From positions 134 to 64,133 of the forward strand of contig JAETTD010000011.1 in the NCBI GenBank assembly GCA_021769295.1: DNA of 64,000 bases. The letters are read 5' to 3'. This document shows positions 34,134-43,767 of this stretch, one piece after another. Source of the DNA: Bacillota bacterium (GTDB lineage Bacteria; Bacillota; Clostridia; Peptostreptococcales; Anaerovoracaceae). A program made the position numbers and the translations under genes. The notes below the pieces were generated by a model. It saw nothing but the letters and a program-made list of their open reading frames with translations, was not told the origin of the DNA and did not search any database. Numbering within the stretch: the stretch's first letter is position 1; the number at the start of each line of letters is the position of its first letter.

Positions 34134-36495
34134 AGCACTGAATATATTGGAGTACAATAAAATACTGAATATTCTGGCTGAACAAGCAAACTGCATGCCT
34201 GCAAGAAATATCTTGCAGGCATTGAGACCTATGACGAATGCGGCTCAGATCAGAGATGCCCTTAATGAGACGGAGGAAGCCGTAAGCGTTATTATACGCA
34301 AAGGCCCCGCTCCCCTCGGACAGATTTATGATATAGAGGACTGCCTTCACTTTGCAAGAAAGGGCGGAAGCCTGACCATGAGACAGTTGCTTCAGGTGCT
34401 CTATAATATTAAAGTTGCAAGCAACGTCATAACATTTCTAAAGAGCGATTTACCTGTGCTTCCCGCCATAGACGGTATACGGGAGGCACTTGTAACGTTT
34501 CCGCGCCTTGCCGAAAACATAGACAGGTGCATACTGTCGGAAGACGAAATGTCGGATAACGCTTCTCCTCAATTAAAAAATATAAGAAGAAGCATATCAA
34601 GGCAAAACGATGCTATAAAAAACAGAATAAACAATATATTAAACTCTGCTGACAACAAAACTTATCTTCAGGATTCCATAGTAACCATGCGTGACGGCAG
34701 ATACGTTATCCCCGTTAAGGCCGAACATAGAGGGAGATTTCCCGGAATCATACATGATCAATCTTCAACGGGAGCCACGGTGTTTATAGAGCCTCAGGTA
34801 ATTGTGAACCTGAATAATGAACTGCGTGAGCTTGAGCTGGCAGAACAGGTTGAAATAGAACGGATTTTGGCGGAGCTTTCTTCTGCCGTAGCAGAACATT
34901 TCCATGAAATAAGAAATAATCAGAAACTTCTCATAGCCCTTGACGTCATATTTGCCAAAGGCAAATTTGCCATGAAGATAAAGGGAGAAAAGCCGGAAAT
35001 CACAGAGAACGGAAGCCTTGTGCTGAAAGAGGCAAGACATCCTCTGATAGAGGCAAAGAAAGTGGTCCCTATAAATATATCGCTGGGAGAAGATTACACC
35101 ACCCTCGTCGTTACAGGTCCTAATACAGGAGGAAAAACCGTCACCTTAAAGACGGTAGGCCTTTTGGTTATGATGGCTCAAAGCGGCCTTGCGGTTCCTG
35201 CTGCTGCCAGCAGCAAGATACCCGTATTTGACCGTGTGTTTGCGGACATAGGCGATGAGCAGAGCATAGAGCAGAGCCTGAGCACCTTCTCGTCCCATAT
35301 GAAAAATATCGTCGAGATATTGAATTGCGTCGACGAAAACTCTCTGGTGCTGCTGGACGAACTGGGAGCCGGTACAGACCCGACGGAGGGAGCTGCGCTG
35401 GCGATTTCGGTTCTCGACAAACTTAAAACCGTCGGAGCATATACCGTTGCTACCACCCATTACAATGAGCTTAAAAAATATGCTATTTCCACGGAAGGTG
35501 TGGAAAACGGTTCTATGGAATTTGATGTCGATACCCTAAGCCCGACATACAGGCTGCTCACCGGTATTCCGGGAAAATCCAATGCTTTTGAGATTTCAAG
35601 AAAGCTGGGACTGTCAGATGAGATAATAGAAAGAGCATCAACCCTTCTCCAAAGAGGAGATATACAATTTGAAGAGGTTCTGGGCAAGATTGAAAGGGAC
35701 AGACGCAAAGCGCAGCAAGAGAGAGATGAGGCCATGGCCTTAAAGGCCTCCGTAAAGCGTAAGGAAGAAGAGATTGAAAAGCGCAGTGCGGAACTTGAAG
35801 AAAGAGAAAAGAAAATCATAGCTAAGGCCAAGGAAGAAGCAAGAGAAATATTAAAGGGAGCGAGGGAAACGGCAACAGATGTAAGCCGTGAACTTCGCAG
35901 ATTGAACAAGATAGAAAGCCTCGGTGAGAGGAACAGAAAATTCGATAAAAACAGAAGGCGTCTTAAAGAAGCCGAAGACAGCGTTGCGGAAAAACTCATA
36001 AAAAGAGTAAACCAAAGTCCTGTCAATGCTGATGAACTCAAAATAGGAGACAAGGTAAGGGTTTTGACTTTGGACCAGACGGGTGAGATTCTGACATTGC
36101 CGGATGAAAAGGGAGACCTGACTGTCAAAGTCGGAATAATGAAAGTAAACATAAATGTGGAAGACCTCATGTTTATTGAGACTGAGGACCGCACGGAAAG
36201 TTCAAAAAGCGGCAAATACGGAAAGCTGTATAAGTCGAAAGCTCAATCCGTATCGGTGTCGATTAACGTTCAGGGTGAAAATCTTGAAGATGCAATAATG
36301 GATGTGGATAAATATCTGGATGATGCGTACATGGCAGGCCTCAAAGAAGTTACAGTCATACACGGAAGAGGCGAAGGAATACTCAAAGAAGGACTGAGAA
36401 GCATTTTCAGAAGCCATAAGCATGTGGCGTCATTTAGAAAAGGCCGCTATAACGAAGGCGGAGACGGAGTAACGATAGTAACCTTGAAGGAGTAA
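34123..36495 (+). CDS. mutS2: Endonuclease MutS2 (Smr domain)
   Basis: I start at ATG 34123, which overlaps the zapA stop. Walker A GPNTGGKT, and a C-terminal Smr domain (VIHGRGEGILKEGL). Confidence 0.95.
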   Translation: MESKALNILEYNKILNILAEQANCMPARNILQALRPMTNAAQIRDALNETEEAVSVIIRKGPAPLGQIYDIEDCLHFARKGGSLTMRQLLQVLYNIKVASNVITFLKSDLPVLPAIDGIREALVTFPRLAENIDRCILSEDEMSDNASPQLKNIRRSISRQNDAIKNRINNILNSADNKTYLQDSIVTMRDGRYVIPVKAEHRGRFPGIIHDQSSTGATVFIEPQVIVNLNNELRELELAEQVEIERILAELSSAVAEHFHEIRNNQKLLIALDVIFAKGKFAMKIKGEKPEITENGSLVLKEARHPLIEAKKVVPINISLGEDYTTLVVTGPNTGGKTVTLKTVGLLVMMAQSGLAVPAAASSKIPVFDRVFADIGDEQSIEQSLSTFSSHMKNIVEILNCVDENSLVLLDELGAGTDPTEGAALAISVLDKLKTVGAYTVATTHYNELKKYAISTEGVENGSMEFDVDTLSPTYRLLTGIPGKSNAFEISRKLGLSDEIIERASTLLQRGDIQFEEVLGKIERDRRKAQQERDEAMALKASVKRKEEEIEKRSAELEEREKKIIAKAKEEAREILKGARETATDVSRELRRLNKIESLGERNRKFDKNRRRLKEAEDSVAEKLIKRVNQSPVNADELKIGDKVRVLTLDQTGEILTLPDEKGDLTVKVGIMKVNINVEDLMFIETEDRTESSKSGKYGKLYKSKAQSVSVSINVQGENLEDAIMDVDKYLDDAYMAGLKEVTVIHGRGEGILKEGLRSIFRSHKHVASFRKGRYNEGGDGVTIVTLKE

Positions 36496-36497
36496 AG

Positions 36498-36938
36498 ATG
36501 TATATAGTAAGCGGATGCCTTATGGGGCATAATTGTAAATATAACGGCGGAAACAATGAAAACAGCGAGGTAGTGGAATTTTGTAAAAATCATAAGTATA
36601 TGGTTGTGTGCCCCGAGAGGGCAGCAAATCTGCCATGCCCAAGACCTCCCGCAGAAAAGCGTGGAAACCGCATTGTCAATAAAAACGGCGAAGATGTAAC
36701 AGAAGCCTTTTTAAGAGGCGCCCGCCTGTCTTTAAATGCGTGCCTGAAAATGGCGCAGATATCGGGAGAAGAGATAGAAGGCGCAATTCTGAAAGCAAAC
36801 AGCCCTTCCTGCGGCAAAGGCAGTATTTATGACGGCACATTTTCGGGGACGCTGACAGAAGGAAACGGAGTGTTTGCTTCGATGCTTGAAAATATGGGAA
36901 TTGATGTGATTACTGAAAAGGAGAAAATAAAATGGTAA
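36498..36938 (+). CDS. DUF523 (YbbK/TudS-like) protein
   Basis: 146 aa. Motifs SGCLMGHNCKYNG, VCPE and NSPSCG are typical of DUF523. Confidence 0.75.
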   Translation: MYIVSGCLMGHNCKYNGGNNENSEVVEFCKNHKYMVVCPERAANLPCPRPPAEKRGNRIVNKNGEDVTEAFLRGARLSLNACLKMAQISGEEIEGAILKANSPSCGKGSIYDGTFSGTLTEGNGVFASMLENMGIDVITEKEKIKW

Positions 36939-38647
36939 ATTTCAAAGAAGAAATTGCAAAGATTATAGCTGAGCATGTTGACGGTCTTTCAGCAGAAGAA
37001 ATTCAGAGCATGGTTGAGATTCCTCAGGATACCAAAATGGGAGACTATGCATTCCCTTGCTTTAAATTGGCTAAGACTTTGAGAAAGGCGCCGCCTCTGA
37101 TCGCAGGAGATATTGCCGCAAAAATCGCTGAAAATCCAATATTTGAGCAGGTGCAGCAGGTTAACGCATATGTGAACATGTTCATCTCCAAAGAGGAGTT
37201 TGTGAAGGACGTGGTAGAAGAAGTGCTGCAGAAACAGGAAGATTTCGGCAAGAGCAATATCGGCGAGGGAAAGCCTGTAATAGTTGAATTTTCTTCGCCT
37301 AACATAGCAAAGCCGTTCCACATAGGACATATAAGAAGCACCGTAATAGGCAATTCCATAAATAAATTGTACAAGGCAATGGGATACGATGTTACCAGAA
37401 TCAATCATCTGGGAGATTACGGAACTCAGTTCGGAAAGATGATTTGCGCCTACAGACGCTGGGGCTGCAAGGAAGACGTGATAAAAGAGCCTATCAAGAC
37501 ATTGCTTCATTACTACACCAAGTTCCATGAAGAAGTTGAGACTCATCCTGAGCTCGACGATGAGGCAAGGGAGATTTTTGCAAGGCTCGAACATGGAGAA
37601 AAGGAAGAGACTGAGCTGTGGCAGTGGTTCCGTGATGAGAGCCTTAAGGAATTCAACAGAGTTTATAAGATGCTCGGCATCGAGTTTGATTCATACGCAG
37701 GTGAAAGCTTCTATTCCGATAAGATGCCCCGCATAGTGGAGATGCTTGAAGAAAAGGGACTTTTGCAGGAATCAAAAGGCGCTCAGATTGTGGACCTCGA
37801 ACCTTACGGTATGACGCCTGCGCTGATTAAAAAGTCCGACGGCTCGTCCCTTTACATTACAAGAGATATAGCGGCGGCCGTTTACAGAAAAGAACATTAT
37901 AATTTTTACAAAAATATATATGTTGTGGCGTCGCAGCAGAACCTTCATTTCCAGCAGTGGATTAAAATTATAGAACTTCTGGGATTTGACTGGGCAAAGG
38001 ATAATATCCACGTTCCTTTCGGACTGGTAAGTCTCGAAGAAGGCACCATGTCGACAAGACACGGCAGAGTCGTATTCCTCGAAGATGTTTTAAACAGAGC
38101 AGTAGAGCAGACGAGAGAGATAATCAAGGAAAAGGGAGTAAATACCGACAATATCGATGAAACCGCAAAGCAGGTGGGCATCGGAGCTGTTATATTCCAG
38201 GAACTTTCCAACAACAGGATTAAGGATTACGTGTTCTCGTGGGATAAAGTTCTGGACTTTAACGGAGAAACAGGTCCTTATGTACAATATACTCATGCAA
38301 GGGCCGCAAGCGTCCTTCGCAATGCGGGCGAAGCAGCGGCTAAAGCCGATGACATCAGCAATGTAAATCCTGAGTATATAATGAGCGAAAGCGCATATGA
38401 GCTTGCCAAACTCATATATGCGCTGCCTCAGACCATAATCGATGCAGGCGAAAAATACGAGCCTTCTGTGCTTACGAGACATATTGTCGATCTGGCGCAA
38501 AGCTTTAACAGATTCTATCATGATGAACATATACTGGTAGATAATGAAGAAGAAAAAATTTCAAAGCTGGCGCTTGTAAAGGCAGCTAAGATTGCCATAA
38601 AGAACGGACTTGCGCTCCTCGGTATGGAAGCGCCGGAAAGAATGTAA
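36932..38647 (+). CDS. argS: Arginine--tRNA ligase
   Basis: 571 aa. HIGH-type motif PFHIGHIRS, MSTRHG (KMSK-like) and a DALR anticodon-binding C-terminus. Confidence 0.96.
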   Translation: MVNFKEEIAKIIAEHVDGLSAEEIQSMVEIPQDTKMGDYAFPCFKLAKTLRKAPPLIAGDIAAKIAENPIFEQVQQVNAYVNMFISKEEFVKDVVEEVLQKQEDFGKSNIGEGKPVIVEFSSPNIAKPFHIGHIRSTVIGNSINKLYKAMGYDVTRINHLGDYGTQFGKMICAYRRWGCKEDVIKEPIKTLLHYYTKFHEEVETHPELDDEAREIFARLEHGEKEETELWQWFRDESLKEFNRVYKMLGIEFDSYAGESFYSDKMPRIVEMLEEKGLLQESKGAQIVDLEPYGMTPALIKKSDGSSLYITRDIAAAVYRKEHYNFYKNIYVVASQQNLHFQQWIKIIELLGFDWAKDNIHVPFGLVSLEEGTMSTRHGRVVFLEDVLNRAVEQTREIIKEKGVNTDNIDETAKQVGIGAVIFQELSNNRIKDYVFSWDKVLDFNGETGPYVQYTHARAASVLRNAGEAAAKADDISNVNPEYIMSESAYELAKLIYALPQTIIDAGEKYEPSVLTRHIVDLAQSFNRFYHDEHILVDNEEEKISKLALVKAAKIAIKNGLALLGMEAPERM

Positions 38648-38699
38648 AGAAGAATATAAAAGAGTAAGTGATTGAAACGATGGAAAGGAAATTTTAGAT

Positions 38700-39572
38700 A
38701 TGCGTTATGTCGGCGATATTTACAGACCGCCAAGCGAAGCTTACAGCTTGCTTGTTCAGGTTACCATAGGATGTTCTCACAACAAATGCACGTTTTGCAA
38801 TATGTTCAAGGAAAAACAGTTTAAAGTAAGAAAGCCGGAAGAAGTTCTTGAAGATTTGGCATGGGCAAGAAGCCATTATTCGAGAGTTGAAAAAATATTT
38901 CTCTGTGACGGCGATGCCTTGTGCCTTGCAAATCACAAACTTATAAGGATTCTCGACTATATAAGAGAACATTTTCCTGAATGCAAGCGTGTGACCACCT
39001 ACGGAAGAGCTACGGACGCATTGCGCAAAACTCCGGAAGAACTGCGTGAACTGAGGGAGCACGGCATGACCATGGTATATTTGGGAGCCGAATCGGGAAG
39101 CCAAAAAGTCCTTGAAATGGTCAATAAAGGCGAAACAAGAGAAGAACTTATCGAAGGAGTAAAGATGCTTGAAGCGGCAGGCATCCAAGCGTCTGTAACC
39201 TTTATAAGCGGTCTTGCAGGACCGGACCTGTGGGAGGAACATGCCGTGGAGACAGGCAAGATGATTGCCGAAATGAATGCATCATATGTGAGCCTTTTGA
39301 CACTTATGTTGCAACCCCCTGCGCCGCTGCTTGAGGACTACAGGTCAGGCAAGTTTAAGCTGCTTTCTCCGGAAGAAGTTCTGGCTGAAACCTGCCTCAT
39401 GCTCAAATATGCCAGACCTTCGAAACCGTGCGTATTCAGAAGCAATCACGCTTCCAACTACGTTTCGCTGCGGGGAAATCTGCCGATAGACAATGAAAAT
39501 ATGATAAAATCACTGAAGAGATGTATGGAAGACCGAGGTCTGCTAAAAGACGAAAGATTCAGGATGTTATAA
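38700..39572 (+). CDS. Radical SAM protein, function unknown
   Basis: 290 aa with IYRPPSEAYSLLVQVTIGCSHNKCTFC (CX4CX2C-like cluster motif). Confidence 0.85.
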   Translation: MRYVGDIYRPPSEAYSLLVQVTIGCSHNKCTFCNMFKEKQFKVRKPEEVLEDLAWARSHYSRVEKIFLCDGDALCLANHKLIRILDYIREHFPECKRVTTYGRATDALRKTPEELRELREHGMTMVYLGAESGSQKVLEMVNKGETREELIEGVKMLEAAGIQASVTFISGLAGPDLWEEHAVETGKMIAEMNASYVSLLTLMLQPPAPLLEDYRSGKFKLLSPEEVLAETCLMLKYARPSKPCVFRSNHASNYVSLRGNLPIDNENMIKSLKRCMEDRGLLKDERFRML

Positions 39573-39582
39573 GATTTGTAAA

Positions 39583-41082
39583 ATGAAAATTTTATTGACT
39601 ACGCTAAATTCTCAATATGTACATTCCAACCCTGCCCTCAAGTATCTTTATACCGTTGCGGCAGACACCGATAACGACGTAAGCATACGTGAGTTTACTA
39701 TCAACAATGAGGCTTCGTATATATACGGCGAACTTGTAAGAGCAAACTATGACATGGTTTGCTTTTCTTGCTACATTTGGAATATTGAAGAAATTAAGGC
39801 CATAGCTTCCGACTTGAAAAAGGCAAGACCGGGCATAAGGATATGCCTGGGCGGACCGGAAGTGAGCTTTGAAGGCCATATATTTGCCCTTGAAAATCCG
39901 TGGGTTGATTTTATATTGTGCGGAGAGGGAGAATACTCCTTTTACAGGCTGCTTGAGGTGCTGAAGGAAGACGGGCAGGCTCTGAACACCGTGCCGGGGC
40001 TCATATATCGTATGGAGGAAAAAATATATGTAAATCCCCAAATGGAGCCTTTGGACTTTAATACCGTTCCCTTTTTGTATTCGGTGCTCGAATGCGAAAG
40101 CGACAAGGTGGTCTATTACGAATCTTCAAGAGGGTGTCCTTTCAGGTGTTCTTATTGCCTCTCCTCCATAGAGAAAAGGGTAAGAGCCCTCGACGTGGAC
40201 AGGGTGAAAAATAACCTCAGATATTTTCTCTATAAAAATGTAATGCAGGTTAAATTTATCGACAGAACCTTTAACTACGACGAAGGCAGAGCTTATGAGA
40301 TATTTAAGTATCTGATAGAAAACGATAACGGTCATGCTAACTTTCACTTTGAAATATGTGCTGACCTGCTGACGGATAAAACCCTCGATTTGCTTGCAAA
40401 AGCAAGGAAAGGCCTGTTTCAGTTTGAAATAGGTATTCAGTCCGCAAACCCCGAAACGTTAAGGGCGATAAACCGTAAAGAAAATATCTATCCCATATTG
40501 TATAATGTAAAAAAGCTTTTGAGTTTGGGAAATATACATATACATGTAGACCTTATAGCAGGGCTTCCCTATGAGACTTATGAAATCTTTGCCAGGTCTT
40601 TCAACAAGGTTTACGCCCTCGGAGCAGACGCCTTTCAGATGGGATTTTTAAAGGTCCTCAAAGGTACGCCTATAGCCGCCGAGAGCAGAAAATACGGCAT
40701 CATATGGAGAGATAAAGCGCCTTACGAAATAATTTCAAACGACTGGATAAGCGCAGAGGATATGGTAAGGCTCAAAGAAATTGAGAAGATGCTGGGCATA
40801 TATTACAATCGCGGCGGATTTGAAAAGACTTTGCCTTATCTGATGAATGAGCTTGATGCAAAGCCCTTTGAGCTGTTTGAGATGATAGCGGAGTTCTATT
40901 ACGAAGGCGGCTACCAGCATAAAAACCGGAAAAAGGAAGAACAATACAGAATACTCAGAAAGTTTGCCATGAAAGCCGGCATACGTGAAGAAGAGGCGGA
41001 GAAAGTTTTAACGGAAGATTTGGAAAATACTTTTAACGCCGAAGAAGTAAAGCGATTTTTGAAAAAGGGATGGGAGATATAA
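39583..41082 (+). CDS. B12-binding-domain radical SAM protein (DUF4080-type C-terminus)
   Basis: 499 aa. The N-terminal MKILLTTLNSQYVHSNPALKYLY is the class B B12-binding fold. Cluster motif SRGCPFRCSYC. The C-terminal extension is typical of DUF4080 (from memory). Confidence 0.82.
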   Translation: MKILLTTLNSQYVHSNPALKYLYTVAADTDNDVSIREFTINNEASYIYGELVRANYDMVCFSCYIWNIEEIKAIASDLKKARPGIRICLGGPEVSFEGHIFALENPWVDFILCGEGEYSFYRLLEVLKEDGQALNTVPGLIYRMEEKIYVNPQMEPLDFNTVPFLYSVLECESDKVVYYESSRGCPFRCSYCLSSIEKRVRALDVDRVKNNLRYFLYKNVMQVKFIDRTFNYDEGRAYEIFKYLIENDNGHANFHFEICADLLTDKTLDLLAKARKGLFQFEIGIQSANPETLRAINRKENIYPILYNVKKLLSLGNIHIHVDLIAGLPYETYEIFARSFNKVYALGADAFQMGFLKVLKGTPIAAESRKYGIIWRDKAPYEIISNDWISAEDMVRLKEIEKMLGIYYNRGGFEKTLPYLMNELDAKPFELFEMIAEFYYEGGYQHKNRKKEEQYRILRKFAMKAGIREEEAEKVLTEDLENTFNAEEVKRFLKKGWEI

Positions 41083-41083
41083 T

Positions 41084-42100
41084 ATGGATATGATAAACAG
41101 AGAGGACAGAATCAGCGAATATCTGATTCCGCATTTGAACAACTATATATTTGACGAACTATCTGAAAATTATCTTAAAAAGGCAGGAATCGCAGACATA
41201 ATGACAGGTGTGCCGGTTCCCATAGACAAAAAAGAGTTGGAGAGCATATCCACCTTGTCCATAGCACGAAACATGGCTATGGTAATAGGATGCGACCCCA
41301 AATTCCAATACAGAGAAAATTATGTCGCATATATACTCAGAACTTTTGACAAGAGGTTTGCGCAAGGGTTGATTGCGGAAGGAGTGGAAGCGGCTCAGAA
41401 AAACGATTACGATTATGCATGCATTCAATTCAGAGCAGCTATGGTTATAGACCCCGAAAGCGTAGATGCGGTTTACTGTTACGGCCGTGCCTGCAAAGAT
41501 GCATATGAGCTTGGTGAGGAGGAAGACTTCATCGCAAGATTTAAGGCGGAATCCATAGAATCCTTTGAAGAGGTGACCCTGAGAAGACCCGATTTTGCCG
41601 AGGCCTATTATTTTTTGGGATACGGATACATAAATTTAGGATTATATGTAAAAGCTAAATTAACGTGGCAGGATTTTATAAAGCTTTCCGGAGATGAAGA
41701 AAAGAAGAAGGAAATTGAGGAAAGACTGTCCCTGCTTGATGAGCCGGTTGAAATTGAAGAGGGATACAATTTTATCCTTTCGGGCAAATTTCAGGAAGGC
41801 ATCTCAATACTGTCCAAATATACCGAAAGCCGCTTTAAGGACTGGTGGCCGCTGTGGTACTATTTAGGCGTTGCCCATATGGGTCTGGGAATGCCGGAAG
41901 ATGCCATAGATGAGTTTAAAAAAGTGCTGACAATTTCTCCGAGCAATATAGAAACCATGGAGGAACTCATCAAGGCATATGAGGAAACGGGAAACCAAGA
42001 AGCGGTTAAAAAGTACAGAAATAAGATTGCTATAGTAAAGGAAAATATTGAAAAAGACCGTCTTGAAGCCGTGAAAAGTAAAAGTGAAAAATTATCATAA
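41084..42100 (+). CDS. TPR-repeat protein
   Basis: 338 aa with repeated A/Y/G-patterned helical pairs (AEAYYFLGYGYINLGLYVKA, WYYLGVAHMGLGMPEDAIDEF). The start lies 1 nt after the radical SAM stop. Confidence 0.72.
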   Translation: MDMINREDRISEYLIPHLNNYIFDELSENYLKKAGIADIMTGVPVPIDKKELESISTLSIARNMAMVIGCDPKFQYRENYVAYILRTFDKRFAQGLIAEGVEAAQKNDYDYACIQFRAAMVIDPESVDAVYCYGRACKDAYELGEEEDFIARFKAESIESFEEVTLRRPDFAEAYYFLGYGYINLGLYVKAKLTWQDFIKLSGDEEKKKEIEERLSLLDEPVEIEEGYNFILSGKFQEGISILSKYTESRFKDWWPLWYYLGVAHMGLGMPEDAIDEFKKVLTISPSNIETMEELIKAYEETGNQEAVKKYRNKIAIVKENIEKDRLEAVKSKSEKLS

Positions 42101-42106
42101 TTTTGC

Positions 42107-42135
42107 TTGACATTGCAGATATGATCGTGTATAAT
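42107..42135 (+). promoter_or_regulatory. Consensus sigma-A promoter of the tRNA cluster
   Basis: TTGACA (42107-42112), 17-nt spacer, TATAAT (42130-42135), about 30 nt before the first tRNA. Confidence 0.8.
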
Positions 42136-42167
42136 TATCAGTGTTGTCAGTAAATGACAACCGTTGT

Positions 42168-42242
42168 TCCAAGGTAGCTCAATGGTGGAGCACTCGGCTG
42201 TTAACCGATAGGCTGTGGGTTCGAGCCCCACCCTTGGAGCCA
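42168..42242 (+). tRNA. tRNA-Asn (GUU)
   Basis: Acceptor stem TCCAAGG/CCTTGGA, anticodon loop CTGTTAA, T-loop GGTTCGAGCCC, encoded CCA. Confidence 0.9.
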
Positions 42243-42249
42243 TTTTTTT

Positions 42250-42338
42250 GCCGGAGTGGCGGAATTGGCAGACGCACAGGACTTAAAATCCTGCGATCCT
42301 TACCGATCGTACCGGTTCGACCCCGGTCTCCGGCACCA
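42250..42338 (+). tRNA. tRNA-Leu (UAA), class II with long variable arm
   Basis: Acceptor stem GCCGGAG/CTCCGGC, anticodon loop CTTAAAA, long variable arm, T-loop GGTTCGACCCC, encoded CCA. Confidence 0.9.
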
Positions 42339-42404
42339 ACCCTTGGATTGGTTTTTTAGGAGACATATTTAAGGGATGGACCGAATACAATATAATATTG
42401 ATGA

Positions 42405-42480
<76 letters not shown>

Positions 42481-42490
42481 AGAATGTTCA

Positions 42491-42521
42491 AATCCCAACG
42501 CTTACAGCGTTGGGATTTTTT
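42491..42521 (+). terminator. Rho-independent terminator of the tRNA cluster
   Basis: AATCCCAACGC (42491-42501) / GCGTTGGGATT (42507-42517) with a 5-nt loop, then TTTT. Confidence 0.88.
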
Positions 42522-43062
42522 ATGTTTTTGGGCTGTTTTCAAAAATTAGCCGGTATTTAGCCACTCTTTATAACACTGCCTGCCACACATATTGAAAAAT
42601 CAACCGACTGTCGAAAATCCATTGAAACCAATAAGACCTTTTCAGATAATGTTGCCAAATAGGAAAGGAAACTCAAATACGGCTTGAAGTAAAATAGACA
42701 GCCCATGTGTTGAGCCCAAAGTAATAATCTTGCCGGTTATTTCGGAATCTTTATACTTATCTTTGCCTTCTTTTGGACTATACAATTTGCACTGAGAAAG
42801 CATAATGTAAAGCGAATGAATGAAAGCCTGTGCAACGTAAAAAAAGATGAATAATCACTCGCATCTACGCCGCCGTGAAAGGCAAAAGATCTTTTCGGCG
42901 GTATTTTTTCAGAAAGGACACTTTGAGCATGCAACGCTTTATACGTTTAAAAACTTAAAGAATTTTCTTTACCGGCTTTTGTTTAAGTGGTATAATAAAT
43001 AAAAGCGATTGTGTCGGCGTTGCCGTAAAAAGACGCAGGCAAAGAAGCTCTTATTGAGAGAG

Positions 43063-43331
43063 ATTGTTGGCGGATTTTTAAAGAAAGCCAAAAATGGACA
43101 ACACAGGTTTACATAATACCCGTAAATCCTGTGTCAAAACATAGCGGTGTTGGCTGTTTACAGGAAGCAGGGCATTTTGGACAACGGTTTTTGCGTTTTA
43201 TGTAGGCCGGTTTCCAAGACGAAGCACAAAAAGCCAACAAAACTGTATTTTACCACCGATAATTTACAGTTAATGGAAAAATTGTTGCCCGATTCGCAGA
43301 AATCGGCTCAAAAAGCCAACATTGCGCCGTA
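43063..43331 (+). repeat. About 270-bp GTTGGC/GCCAAC mosaic element, copy D
   Basis: Collinear by eye with 60556-60818. Shared blocks are GTTGG, CCAAAAAT, AGGTTTACATAATACC, CGGTGTTGGCT, TGTAGGCC, CAAAAAGCCAAC (twice), AATTTACA and terminal CGCCrTAG. Confidence 0.8.
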
Positions 43332-43401
43332 GTGTGTGATAGATTGATAAAATCCAGGCAGCAACCTGGCAACCCGGAGATAGCGGGACGAAAGGAGTAT
43401 T

Positions 43402-43722
43402 ATGGCAAAGCGTATTTCAAACGAGCGAAAAATCGGTATGTATCAAGCGATTATGGAACTTAAGGATTTAGACGAATGTTGTGCGTTCTTCGACGATTTA
43501 TGCGCAGCAACGGAGCTGAGAACGCTGGAACAGCGTTACGAAGTTGCCAGCATGCTTGACGACGAAAAAGTTTATACGGAAATCATGCAGGCAACCAACG
43601 CAAGCACTGCAACTATCAGCAGAGTGAAACGTATGCTGTATTACGGAACAGGATGCATCGGAGAAATCATCCGCCGTGTAAAAGAGAAAAACTCACAAGT
43701 GGCAGAGACCGCAAAAGAATAA
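43402..43722 (+). CDS. TrpR-like YerC/YecD-family DNA-binding protein
   Basis: 106 aa. LCAATELRTLEQRYEVASML...ATNASTATISRVKRML matches the YerC/YecD pattern. AAAGGAG RBS. Confidence 0.8.
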   Translation: MAKRISNERKIGMYQAIMELKDLDECCAFFDDLCAATELRTLEQRYEVASMLDDEKVYTEIMQATNASTATISRVKRMLYYGTGCIGEIIRRVKEKNSQVAETAKE

Positions 43723-43767
43723 AAAGAAGAAAAAGAATAAGCAAAAGAAAGGGAACACTGATTAGTT

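Noticed and set aside
35460-36215. A 251-aa minus-strand ORF antisense to mutS2. Similar long antisense ORFs include 36989-37594, 38694-39242, 16531-17049, 18898-19437, 24932-25429, 52842-53360 and 54810-55307.
   Set aside because: Each is wholly embedded opposite a gene with strong homology and motifs. The products are Ser/Leu/Phe-rich and low-complexity, which is typical of the antisense frame of K/E-rich coding DNA. None has an RBS.
42737-42934. A 65-aa minus-strand ORF and neighbouring frames downstream of the tRNA cluster, examined as a possible integrase or transposase remnant at a tRNA integration site
   Set aside because: The start is TTG without an RBS. I recognised no recombinase motifs (R..H..R..Y) in any frame of 42540-42960. 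The translations look random. A decayed pseudogene cannot be excluded without a database search.
43105-43120. AGGTTTACATAATACC box as a stand-alone promoter (TTTACA as -35, CATAAT as -10)
   Set aside because: The two hexamers overlap. In none of the three copies is there a matching partner hexamer at 16-18 nt.
43147-43332. A 61-aa ORF in mosaic copy D and the similarly placed 62-aa ORF at 60630-60818 in copy E. Both end at the shared TAG, so they looked like a conserved small protein.
   Set aside because: The shared nucleotide blocks are read in different frames in the two copies. CAAAAAGCCAAC gives QKAN in one and KKPT/KSQR in the other. There is no RBS, and the peptide sequences are unrelated.
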